DNA of 64,000 nucleotides from Carcharhinus amblyrhynchos. Taxonomy: Eukaryota. The notes beneath the pieces are model-generated. The model made no database searches. It was given only the letters and a program-made list of their open reading frames with translations, and had not been told where the DNA came from. Shown piece after piece: positions 25,801-37,520 of this stretch. Numbering within the stretch: the stretch's first letter is position 1; every line of letters begins with the position of its first letter. The position numbers were made by a program, and so were the translations under genes. The stretch is taken from assembly GCA_965287045.1 (NCBI GenBank), contig OZ336884.1:45756001-45820000 (forward strand), read 5' to 3'.

Positions 25801-27567
25801 GTACAATTCCCCAGAGCCGTCAAGCAAACCTTGTGATCTCTCCCTCCATGTTTTGGCTCTACACTTCCCCTTCAATTTCTCCATTTCCAAACCACCCTCC
25901 CCCTCAATTGTCCACCCCCTGATGTGACCTTCTATCCTAGTTTTTTTCAACCTGGCCAGCCTTCAAATATATTATTGTGCAGGTAGAAAATGGGAGTAAA
26001 AATATTCTAATAAAACCCTCCTGGTAAATTTGACAGGACCTCCACCTTTTTGTTATTTCTGGATTTCCCAGTTGGTGATATGCATCTGTGCTTCCTCCAA
26101 GCAAATACCACAACCTTTGTTTCAAAGCCAAAGATGGAAAATTGCACTAAAATGAATAATTCTAAACCGTGGTCAATTAACTTGTTTTTGCAGTTTACGT
26201 AGACATAAATGTCATGGTTATAATTCTCTGCCTTGTTGATATTGCCATTGTTACAGCCTTGTGCAAAGGATAAATAAGTACTTGAGACTGGAGTTACAAC
26301 TTTTAGGGAAAGTCCTTTCAAGGAGAATCTATGATGGTTGCCCTCTGCACAAAAATGGAACAATGTTAGATACTTCAACCAAGTTTCAAAAGGTTGACAA
26401 ATCATTCAAACTGAAAAGAATCAGAAAAAAAACAAATGAAATGAGATCAAATAACTTCTAATCTGAATGTGAATAATGTTCAACAAAGACTATGGCTCTA
26501 ATTCAGTTTATATATCTGAAAAACAGAAGTCCACTGATGACTAATCCTGTGGGTAATGCTGTATATTCACCTCAGGAGCAGCAAACTTGTCCAAAAAGAT
26601 CTTCAAATAGGCTTCACCTGATAGATATCAGCAGATTGCAAACACGGATGTTGCGTAACTTCTCAGTTATCAAATCCTCTTCCTCTGCTTTCAGCAAAAT
26701 AATCTTGCTTTTCTTGTGTCACTTTGAAATACATTTTGTATGCTTTCTGTCCTCCCAATGGAATTGCTATTCATTGTCCATAATAGTTCAGACATTTTAT
26801 GATTAAAAATGAGAATGTGTGCACATCTGAGAGCCCCAGACGATTTTCACATCAAATGAAATCATTAGTGGAGATAGCAAACAAGATCAGGAATTCACCT
26901 TGAAAGGACTTTTCTCAATGCTGTAATTCAAATCTCAATTGTTTGATTATATTTAGCGCTAAACTGCAACAGTAATAATACCAGTAAATCAGAGAATTGT
27001 CACTGAATCCAATGTTATAAATATATTGCTGGGGAACAGCAGAACACAGCTTTGGTGGATAATGTCACCTTCCAAATAGATGTATCAATGGATCTGAGGT
27101 CAAGGATTGTGTTATAAATACAGCAGATAAGAGAGATATAATTTTAGTATAACTATCAGGCTTCCAGTGAATCATGCTATCTTTGTCACTAAAGATAGTA
27201 ATTTTAACAAACACTGACACTTTGAAAGTTTACCCTGTTTATGAATTTCAAAGTTGACAATGACATCTCAGCAGTGGACTTTTATTTTCCCAATAGAAAT
27301 AGTGGGGGGAATTTTCCATTCTGGAAACAAAGCACAACGATGGGTGGGGAAGTTCGCATGATTCTCATTGTGCGACAGCAGGTCAGATTCATCTGCTTTT
27401 GAGCTCATTAGTTATGCAACAAGAAGGTCATCAAAATTTGTGGTGGGGTGGACAGGGTTTCATCCACTTTGCATTACCTGTTGGAGTAGAAGGTGCAGGT
27501 GCCATATTTAAATGACACATGCACAGATGTTATGGGTGATTCTCCCATCCCATTGTGCTGCTTTTTT

Positions 27568-27698
27568 AGTAAAAAGTCTGACAACACCAGGTTTTAGTCC
27601 AACCGATTTATCAAATAAATCGGTTGGACTAAAACCTGGTGTTGTCAGACTTTTTACTGTGTTTACCCCAGTCCAACGCCGGCACATCCACATCATGA
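27568..27698 (+). mobile_element. Miniature fold-back Penelope-like insertion
   Basis: Perfect 44-bp inverted repeat (27568-27611 / 27615-27658), 3-nt loop, tail, 13-bp TSD ctgcttttttagt (27558-27570 / 27699-27711). Confidence 0.9.
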
Positions 27699-27792
27699 CT
27701 GCTTTTTTAGTGCAGTGGGCCAGAAGGCTCTAGCGGTGGCCATCTTGTGGGCTCCTCTCTGGGCGTCTGGGCGCCATGGCCTCTGCGCATCT

Positions 27793-27947
27793 GAGGAGAT
27801 GCCGGCGTTGGACTGGGGTAAATGCAGTAAGAAGTCTCACAACACCAGGTTAAAGCCCAAGACGCAAGAAAGCAGACAAGATACCAAAAGGACTACAGAT
27901 AATAAACTAGTTGGACTTTAACCTGGTGTTGTGAAACTTCTTACTGC
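27793..27947 (-). mobile_element. Fold-back PLE-like insertion (ttaaag subfamily) with unrelated filler in the loop
   Basis: 37-bp arms at 27824-27860 / 27911-27947 with 2 mismatches, tail on the left, TSD gcgcatct (27785-27792 / 27948-27955). Confidence 0.8.
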
Positions 27948-28929
27948 GCGCATCTTTCAGTGCAAGATTTCTGACGACATCAATTCCATGCCAGAAATTG
28001 GCGCAGAGCTGCCAGCTGCCTAATGTATTCAACAGTTCATTTCCACAAATTTAGTACCATTTGTGGGTCTGGGGCTGAAGTCGCTGGGCCTGCTGGCCTC
28101 TTCCCCACCACCAGGAGTATTACACTACAGCTGGGTTTGATAGAACTCTCCACTTGAGGGAAGCTGGTGGTCAGACCCCACTGAAGTGAAGGGAGGGTGA
28201 CAATCAAGGCCCCAGAGGGTCAGGTGCTAGGTGGGGTGCCCCTGGGCATTGCCACCTTGGCAGTGCCAGCCAAGCCCCCTTGCACTGCAAATATTAGGAG
28301 TGTAGTGAAGAAATTGCATTTGAGAACAGTCTTAAATGAAGAAAGGCAGATAAAGTGTGTAATATGCTAATGAGGCACGTTACACATCACCACACTAAGT
28401 GATGCAATGGCTTGTTGTCATCCTCTCTCTTGTAGGCCTTATGGCAAGAAAACTGCCAAATGGGCAGGGCCTAATGGGAGGCAATTAATAGGGGGGGTCC
28501 CCCTGCCACTCTGCATTCGGGCGGAATGACAAGGAAGGTGGTGAGCCATCGGGGCAAGGGCAGCCAGCTGGAGGAGTTGAGGCAAAGCTGGCAGGGGTCA
28601 CAAGGCTGGCCAGCGAATCGGGAGGCGGGCAGACAGGGACTACCGCACATGCGCCAATCTCGACACTGACAGATTAGTGCATGTGTAGTGGCCCGCTCAG
28701 TGCTACGTTGCTGGCCTCTCCAGCGGGAATAGGCCCTACCCACTGATTTCTGGAGTGATTTACACTAGTGCACTCTGCAGTGCACAGTGTGGGAGATTTA
28801 TTTTGAAATGCCTGCTGAAAGAAACAGCATAATTTGCTCCAGTCTTTATGCAAATTCAACACTTAGATTCGTCCTCATTGCAGGCCAGGATAGGTGTGGT
28901 GTAAACTATCAAACATTCACCGCTCTCGG

Positions 28930-29130
28930 CTCTATTGTTCAGTGAGGCCTCCTGAAGGATTCTCCTCCAGGCTATCTTCCATCCAGGAAAGGTGTGAGAT
29001 CATCTTTCGGAGGGGTGGAAGATCAACTTCCCAAAGCAACCTCAGAAAAAGGTCACTGAGAAGGTCAGCATCCCTAGCTAATGGAGGAGAAGCCCTGCAG
29101 TGCAGGAAAAAAATTGAATGATCTGAACTA
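28930..29130 (+). pseudogene. Harbinger-type Myb/SANT DNA-binding domain relic
   Basis: ...IQERCEIIFRRGGR...LQCRKK/LNDL (1-nt frameshift in an A-run) matches the trihelix Myb/SANT signature QC.KK..DL. Confidence 0.55.
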
Positions 29131-30379
29131 CCACTCTCACAAAACTCACACTCTCATAGGCAAAAGACAGTGTTGGGTATTAGAATCCACAGGGGTGTCT
29201 CACGTTATTAGAAGAAAGGTGTCACAAACTCGGATAATGTTACCTGCAAGGAACCTGAAAACATTGGTTTGTGGTGACATAGTTTGTCTACAGGAACAGT
29301 CTAAGGGGCTTCATGTGATATTCATGAGAACAGTCATCAGCTCAGACTTATTGAAGACTATTTATTACAATAAAGAGACACATATATGAACAGGACTATA
29401 ATGATCCTAGGCAGTTACGCACAAGAAACTACCAAACGCACCCACACAGTTTATGTAGGAATTACCCTTTATTATCAAAAGTATATTAATGAAATCTGAA
29501 CTCTTCCAGAGCTCCTCTCTTCCCGAACAACATCCAATTCAGTAGATCTATAAGACCAGCTTTTAGTTACCACACAATGTATGACTGAGTAGTTATTCTG
29601 GGGAACATCTCTTCTTGGCTCAGCCCAGATTTGGGTTTTAACTTCATTCACAAAAGATTTTCTACATTCTTGCTTCTGATCTGCTGGCTAGAACCAGCTC
29701 ATTGGCTGCTGGATGGAATCTGCCCCTTGCTTCCATGAAAATGTTGCCAATTATATCATTGTTTCTCTTTGAAGATCCTTTTTGTATACTTGGCTGTCTG
29801 TTCCCTCAGATTTTACTTGGTCTAAAACACTAATATATGTATATCTTCCCTGGATGGTGCAGTCATCTACCCCAAAATGTTTCCTATTAGCAGGACAAGA
29901 AATTTCTTTTGGTCTGTCTACAACTGCTAATCTCATTATTGGGATTCACATCCTGTGAAATAACTTTTGAAATGGTGGTGGTTTTGAACCTGTTTTGTAC
30001 ATAACAAAGAACATCAGCACTGCATGCCTTCCAGCCACTTGAAGCTCCACATTTTATGTAAGATCCTGCACAAACCTTTTTTTAATCCCTTACTGAGCTC
30101 AACACACACATCAGGCATGCATGCTTCTGAAATGCTCTTTCATCCATTTTGCACACAGTCAAACCATTGGTTTTTCTGCAGAGCCAGATCTCCCAGCAGA
30201 GCTTGTTGATAAGGACAAAAATCATTCCTGCATATAAAGATAGGTAGGTCTCCAAATAAAAAGTCAGAGTCCATCCAGTATAGATCGACAATGTGGGGAT
30301 AATGATTGAGTGACTTTTTATGTTGGCACCAGCCAAGTCAACTACCGATTACCTCTCTTTATTCCAGCTACCAGCCAGA

Positions 30380-31320
30380 AAAGGCGGAGGAAGACCACAA
30401 GCAAATTTCTTAATCCCAGTGCCCCGAACACCTCAAATGTGAGGCAAAGAAACTGTCCAATAAAGACACATTGCTGTGTTCATCTGCACCCTCCACTAGT
30501 GCAGATACACTCACATTGCTGAGTCTTAGTTCTAGAGTAGGTTCTGAGTCACAATCAGGTGATCACCACCTTGAAGTGTTTCCACAGAAGATGGAGGCAG
30601 TGACAGCCGAGGTCTTGGTTACTTGGAGGATTGCTGGAAACCAGGCCCCTTCCAAATCTGTGTCTGATCTTGAGTCTCTGCAGTTGATCATGAGAGAAAC
30701 ATTTGAGATGCAGGGACAGGAAGAGGAACACATGGCAGAGATGTCAGAAGCTGTTACCAAACTGGAATGAAAGATGGAGATGTCTTTCCATGTTCTGTCT
30801 GATGTTGTGGCTCTGGCATGTGAGTGCAGTCAAGTCTCCACTGGAAGGATGGTGGCTGCCTTGGAGACCCAGGTCCAGCAGTTTCTGCCTGATTTGCATT
30901 CAGTTCTGCACACAATCTCTCGAGCCATGGGTGCATTCCAGCAATGACTAGGCAAGAGTGCAGCAGGGTACCTTAATCCCCCTTTAGATGCCTCTTTTCC
31001 TCAAAGATTTGGAAGAGTCCCTGGGCATCCTCAGGAGGAGGTGTACCAGCTAGACACCTAGGGACATAGGCTGGTACTCCAAATCCCCTCTGCTTCTACC
31101 CCCAAGAACTCCAGCAGGGCACACCATGGAAGCTGCACTTGCCCCAAAGCAGGAGATCTTTGCTGACTGGTGTCCTCTAGTTCTTCGGTAGATGTTCTCT
31201 GGTGGCCCAAATCATCTCAGATAACAATCAGCAGACTGCCTCCCCGTTTGCTCTGGATGTTGGATCTGCCTCTAGATGTAGTGGTAGAGTTAGAAATATT
31301 TAGTTTTGAATAAACAGTGA
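30380..31320 (+). pseudogene. Probable downstream part of the same Harbinger Myb/SANT-protein gene (decayed)
   Basis: Low-complexity S/T-rich then coiled-coil-like peptide (SSAPSTSADTLT...ESQSGDHH...EEEHMAEMSEAVTKLE) on the same strand, downstream of the SANT relic. Confidence 0.4.
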
Positions 31321-31610
31321 CTGTAGGGGTGTTCGTTCATTGTGCTGAATCTGCACTATTGTAAATATTGTTTACATATATCCCTGTCCAAGTCTTGGGT
31401 ATTGAATTACTAATTGATGCAATACAAGGTTCTGTGTTCATTTAAGGGTTCAAAATGACCCACACCAACTCAATTATCTCATGTCTTGTCCCTCAGTTTC
31501 TTCATGTGTCAATAATGAATCATCTTTGTTCAACACCTGCAACATTAACAAAGGCATTTTGATATGAAAATGATAGCTGGACATTACACATGTATCAGGC
31601 AGGCACTGTC

Positions 31611-31648
31611 TGACTTCATGAGAATTGTTTGACCTCATGAGAATTGTT
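31611..31648. repeat. 19-bp tandem duplication tgac(t/c)tcatgagaattgtt x2
   Basis: Adjacent copies with one mismatch. Confidence 0.85.
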
Positions 31649-31719
31649 CATTCTCCCTTCAGCATGTTTTAATCTATGTATTTAAGGCTGAATTTTATTC
31701 CTTTCTTCGTTCCCACTTT

Positions 31720-32045
31720 CTCAGCTCCATCTTAAATAGGAGGCGCTTAATTTCAATACTGTGCTCCCTAGTTCTACATTCAGCAAGGAAACATCCTCTC
31801 AGCATCTACGTTGCTAAGCTCCCTCAGAATCTTTTCTGTTTTAATAAGGTCAGTGATCACTCTTTTAAACTCCAATGAGTATAGGCCCAACTTGCTCAAC
31901 CCCTTCATCCCAGGAACCAGCCTATTGAACCTTCTCCGAGCTACTTCTAATGAAATTATGAGAGATCAAAACTACGTACAGTGCTGTCGTTGCAGTCTTA
32001 CCAATGATTATACAATTGTAACAAGACTTCCCAATTTTTATGCTC
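31720..32045 (-). mobile_element. CR1 RT C-terminal relic
   Basis: aaactccaatgagtataggcccaac...ccaaaactac-like motifs, homologous to the young CR1 at 50144. Confidence 0.75.
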
Positions 32046-32324
32046 CAAATGGCATATTAACTCCCTCTCCTTGATGTAGATTTCTCTGGTTGCATTGCAT
32101 GAGCCTTCCTGTCAAATGCAGCAATAGCTTCAGCTGCCTCGAGAGATCATTTGCCCCAAAACGTATGTACCGTCTCTTCCTAATTAGTGCTATGTCACTT
32201 CACTTTTCGCGTAGCCCAATAATTTTTTCCTCTTCAAACATTTATCCAATTCCCTTTTGCAAGTGGTCATTGAATCAGTTGAATTACCCTACCAATTGTT
32301 TTCTTCATAAAAAAATTAGCTCAG

Positions 32325-32545
32325 GGAAGCAGTTTGTTCAGTTGGCTTGATAATTCAGAATACCGTCAACAACATGGGTTTAATTTCCATTCCGGCTGAG
32401 GGAAACTTGGCACCTACTTCCTCACCTGCCCAAGAGTCGAAGAAAATGGCAAACCACCACTGACAAAAACTGCCACAAATAACAGCTTAGAGTGAACCAT
32501 CAGCTAACAATGAGCCAAGGACTGTCTTTAGACAGAGAACATGCA
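32325..32545 (+). mobile_element. Degenerate tRNA-headed SINE with RTE-like tail motif
   Basis: Head gttcagttggc...catgggtttaatttcc...ggctgagg, followed by gaaaatggcaaaccac (RTE/BovB-type 3' motif). Confidence 0.4.
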
Positions 32546-35429
32546 AATACATGAAACTTAAATTCATCCAAATTCTTAAAGCCTATAGATGATCACTGAC
32601 CATGTCCCTGCTTATTTACCAAATTTGTTGTTCTTAATCTGTATTGATTTCTTCTTCAGCAAGGCTGCAAGTTTAAAATTTCTCCCTTTTGCATTTGAAT
32701 ATTTTGCAATCATGCCCTTTGCCATCTTTGTAACCTCCTACTACTATGCAACATCCACCCTTTGCAAAAAATTCTGTTCCACTCATGCTATCCTTTGAAA
32801 ATCCTGCAGTCAAGTCCATGTCTAGCCATTTAGGAAATTCCTTCCCTAAATCCCACTGGTTTTTAATATTCTTGGCTTTGAGCAAGTTTACAATATTTAC
32901 AAAGTTTGCTGGAAAGCAAAAGCTTTATTGGAACATCGCTTACTGTGGTTTCCTTGACATAAGGTCTATAAGAGAGAGCACAGCAACGAGATATTGCATC
33001 ACTTACTGTGATGATGTGTAAGATGGCTCTTTAGCATATTGCACATAACTCTGCATAAAACACACTTTGCCTTTCTTCATTTAAGACTATTCTGAAATGC
33101 GATCTCTTCACTTCACTCCTAATATTGATTTGGTGTACATTTTTGTCTGCTCATTCTTCCATGATATGGATGCAAACTTATGTCAAAAGCGTTGTACAAA
33201 AGAAGTTTGGGATGCTTTTATATAATACATCTCAGTTTGTTATTTTCATTAAGGCGTGTTGAGGACCATTTATTTTAACTACTAAACATCTCCAATAAAA
33301 CTAACAGTGGATGGAACAATTAAACGTGGCTGTAATTAAGTGCACTAATAATACAATTTCTCAGCAAAGTAGCTTGAATGCTCTAGGCGTTTCTTGCCAT
33401 TCTCATATAGCTCTTTTGTTTGCTTTTCTTTCTTATTTCCCTCCCCCTATTTCTTTCAGATGTTTCTTCAGAGTTTTCGATATGATCAGTAGTACTTTGA
33501 GCAACTTTATTTTGGTCTATGTGTAGTGTATTTTTCTGGTGAATAACATGTCCAATCTGTATTCATCACAGCAATCAATAGTAAAATTATTTTTTAAAAA
33601 ACATGTTTACTCCATGATGTCCAAAAGAAAGCTTAAAACAAAATTTCCACAATTATTTCCAGTCTGACCAAGGAACCTTATTTGAAAAGTTGATGTAATT
33701 AACATTTTTGCAAATTGATTATTATATCAATATTCAAACTGCGAATCCAATATAATCCAAAATCTGTAAACAGACCATTAATGTATTCTCTTTCTTTATT
33801 CATTTTATGGCAGAGATAACATTCCAACAACTGATCGATGTCAACTGATATTCATTTTGCAAATTTTATAATTTTTTCCCCCACAGCATCTTCTTTACAG
33901 AAAGACAGGAAAATGATCAATGTGCAAGCCTCTGTCACTGACATTTTGCAACCACAATAAACATTATTTACTGGGAAACTATGGTAAAATACAAACAACA
34001 CGATCTTTGATTCACATATAACCTCAATTATAAATTTTATTGAACTTCTGAGTTAAGACTTGTCAATTCCACTGTGCTCTGATAATACTAAATTCACATA
34101 AGAAATTTGTGAAAAGTTTGATGAGAACAGGTGAATACTGTCCTGACATAAGCTGCTTCATTGAAGGCCTGAGCAGTTCACAAAACAGATGCAAATTTAT
34201 AAATGCAACAAAAATAGATGCAGCAAATTATTCTTGCTTGGCAATTATGCAGAAATATTTGCCTGCGGTGTAAATGTGTTACTATACTCAGCTCCCCAGC
34301 GCTGCAACTAATCAATAGAATACTATATTAGCAGCAGCCAATGTTTCCCTAGCTTGTTTGGCCCAGGGATTTTAAGGGCAGCTTGTTGCTTTGAATTACA
34401 TGTACATAATTGCAGCTGTACAAATCGCACACAGTGGAGGCAAATGTGAAATCGAGGAAAAGGGGGATATAGTTTGACAGGAAATAACGTATGCAAATGA
34501 GAAAACCTGAATTGATGCACTTTCTTTCATGCCAATTAAAAATAGCTAGCTGTCCCATTCTAACTGGCTACTCAAGTCAAAAAGCCGTTTATTTCTATCG
34601 TACTCAAATCTTTAAAAATTGACAATTTTACAGTGGTTGTACGTCCCCCACTCCAAAAAAAATGCAGCCTGCATTATTCAGACCCAAAAGCAAGTCAAAT
34701 TATTTTGACTGAAAGCTCATGTTGCATTGAATGGTCAAAGTGTGGTGGCTGATGTTTCAGCACTTGTGAATAATGAAACTCCATTCTGAGAAGTTGGAAT
34801 TTGCAATATTCATAAAATCAAGTGAAACATGGCAGCAGATAAGTTTAAAAAAAAAACCAACTTGCAAGCCAAAACTTTTCAAACAAGTGCTTATCTCATT
34901 TGTAGACTACTCTTCAGCTATTTTCTTGTAGCCGGAATCATGTTGATGCCCTGCTAAATTATGGGATTGAGGAATTTCATACAAGTGACTGAGCATACAT
35001 GCACATTTTTAAAAAAAAAAATTGTGCCATAATGGGATCTGGGTGTTGCTGTCAAGACAAGCACTTATTGCCCATTATTAATTGCCCTGAAATGTTTGGT
35101 GGTAAGCTACTTTCTTGAACCATTTCAGTCCAGATGGAATAGGTATTCCTAGTCTGCTGTTGGATGGCAAGTTCCAGGATTTTAACTTAGTCATGACAAA
35201 GGAAAGGTGGTAGATTATCAAATCAAGATGGTGTGAGACAATAAAAAAAATTAAATGTTGTTACTTAAATCTAAGTATGAGAAACAGAAAAATCTAAGGT
35301 TGGCTATAATCCAAATCGCCACTGCGTGTCCAGCAACTTTAATTCCATTATTCCCTGTTAAATGTTTACATAACTACTTTTCAAATCATTTTCAACTTAT
35401 ATTTAGATATTGGGTTTATTACATTGCAT

Positions 35430-35965
35430 GCGCAGAACAGAAACAGGCTGAGGTCCAACTGTCAATTGCAAGCATTTATGACCCACGTGTCTCCTCACCC
35501 ATCTCTGTAGCTAATTTATATAGAGGTAACCTTTCCATTCCTTTCTCTTTCATATGTTTATTCAGCTTCCCTTTAAGTACATCTATGCCATTCAATTCAA
35601 CTATTCTATGTAGTTTGTCCCACATTTCTACTGCTTCTTGGATAAAGAAGTTTCTCTTGAATTCCTGATTGGATTTATTACTGACTATCTTATATTTATG
35701 GCCCCTATTTATGATTCATCCACAAGTATAAACATTCTCTCTCCATCTAACCAATCAAATCCTTCCATTATCTGAAAGACCTCAGTCAGGTCACCTCTCA
35801 AGCTTCTCTTTTCCAGCAGTAGGAACCCCACCCATCTTTAGTCACTTCTGGAAAACATTTCTTCTGAGTTATCATACCAGCCTTGTAAAGTTTCTTTGTA
35901 CCATCTCCAATCCCTCTACGTTATTTTTTATATACAATCTATCGATCAGAACTGTTCACAATATC
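35430..35965 (-). mobile_element. Old CR1 3' relic
   Basis: KKFLLNS-type segment (aagaagtttctcttgaattcc), aagacctcagtcaggtcacctctc, gaactgttcacaata. Confidence 0.7.
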
Positions 35966-37379
35966 AGGGCAATAGGCCCATATAAGAAAAATGTAAATCA
36001 AAGGCTGGAGTTCATTTATAGCAGGATAGAATTGAAAACTTGAACTGAGCCTTGTTCACATCACACTTGGAGTCTAAATTGACATTTATTTTGCAACCAC
36101 TCACCCATTCTTGCAAGGTTATTGATGCTTTCTTGCATTTTATCATCTTCCTCAAGATATTCAATGCTTGGTATTCAATTGTACTAACTGTGTTAACATT
36201 TAAAAGGATTATGTTGAATCATAATCAGCATTTAATCATGTTAGCATTCCATTTTGTAACTACTGAGAATCACTTTTCTGAAAATTAAAATAGTACATCA
36301 AGAACATTACCTTTATCTAAACTTTTTACTTCTTGAAAGAATTCACAAAACTTGGTCACTCAAGACTTTCCCTTTCAAAATCCATGCCAACCCTCTTGTA
36401 TTTTTGGAGTTCAGTTGTTTGTCTGTTGTGTCTTATATCTTCTTATAATGTACACACATCCATATTTTTCAAGAAAGAATGTATGTTTCCATTTTTCTTT
36501 CCTTACAGTACCTTAAATACTAATCATTTATTGTCTCGCTAGATCTATATCACACAAGAGTTGTTATTATTAACTCCAAATCCTTTTGCTTGCTGTTAAG
36601 TTACCATTTTGGGTGTGTTTTCCCCCATTGAATAACATAACACTTTGGCTATCTGAGAAGCCAAAATTCTATATAAATAATTCATACAAACTCTCCCTAA
36701 TCCTGACTGCTTTTCCAGGAAGTAGAAACTCATTTGACTCACACATGCTATAATGACAAGTTATAAAAAAATTACTTTCAGCATTTAGGATAAAGAATCT
36801 GGTGACTTGGTGTGACGACAAAAATCTCTCCCCCAACAAAATGAAGGAGACAGTCATTGACTTCAGGAAGTGTACTGGAGGACATGCCCCTGTCTACAAC
36901 ATTGCGGACGAAGTGGAATGGTTGAGAGCTTCATGTTTCTGGCTGTCCAGATCATCAACAACCTGTCCTGATCCTTCCACACTGAGACTACAGTTAAGAA
37001 AGCCTACCGACGCTTTACTTTCTCAAGAGTTTAAAGAAATTTGACATGTCTGCTACGACTCTCACCAACTTTTACAGATGAATCATAGAAAGCATTCGTT
37101 CTGGTTGTATCAGAGTTTGATATGGCTCCTGCTCTGTCAAAGACTACAAAAAAACTACAGTCTTGAACAAAGTCCAGTCCACCACACCAAACACCCTCCG
37201 ATCCATTGATTCTGTTTACTTTTCCCATTGCCACAGAAAAACTGCCAACATAATCAAAGACCCACGTATCCCAGACATACACTCCTTCATCTTCTCCCAT
37301 CAGGAAAAAGATAAAAAAAAGAGGATATGCACCAATCGACTCAAGCTCCTTCTCTGCTGACATCAAACTGACATCAAAC

Positions 37380-37520
37380 CAGAACTCTCTATTCACCTGA
37401 CGAAGAGGGAAACCTCGAAAGCTTGTGAGTCTATTATCAAATAAATCGGTTGGACTAAAACCTGGTGTTGTCAGACTTTTTACTGTGTTTGTGCCAGTCC
37501 AACGCCGGCATACCCACATC
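37380..37520 (+). mobile_element. Penelope-like 3' end (ttttag subfamily) without an inverted arm
   Basis: tatcaaataaatcggttggactaaaacctggtgttgtcagactttttactgtgttt is identical to the 27568 copy. Flanked by acatcaaac duplications. Confidence 0.85.
37391..37430 (+). ncRNA. Minimal type I hammerhead ribozyme motif (PLE-associated), intact core
   Basis: Stem I attcac/gtgagt; CTGACGA 37397-37403; stem II gagg-GAAA-cctc; GAAA 37417-37420; palindromic AGCT stem III; predicted cleavage after 37424. Confidence 0.8.

Larger units (their letters stand above)
27304..28870. mobile_element. GC-richer non-autonomous DNA-transposon-like block (Harbinger-associated)
   Basis: Starts ggggggaattttcc. Segment 28650-28865 is the reverse homolog of 49430-49625 (ttatgcaaatt..cactta / taagtg..aatttgcataa; ctgacagatt / aatctgtcag). 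Confidence 0.55.

Noticed and set aside
27568-27658. Hairpin as a conserved pre-miRNA gene
   Set aside because: The stem is perfect, multi-copy and TSD-flanked, so a mobile-element origin explains it. There are no expression data.
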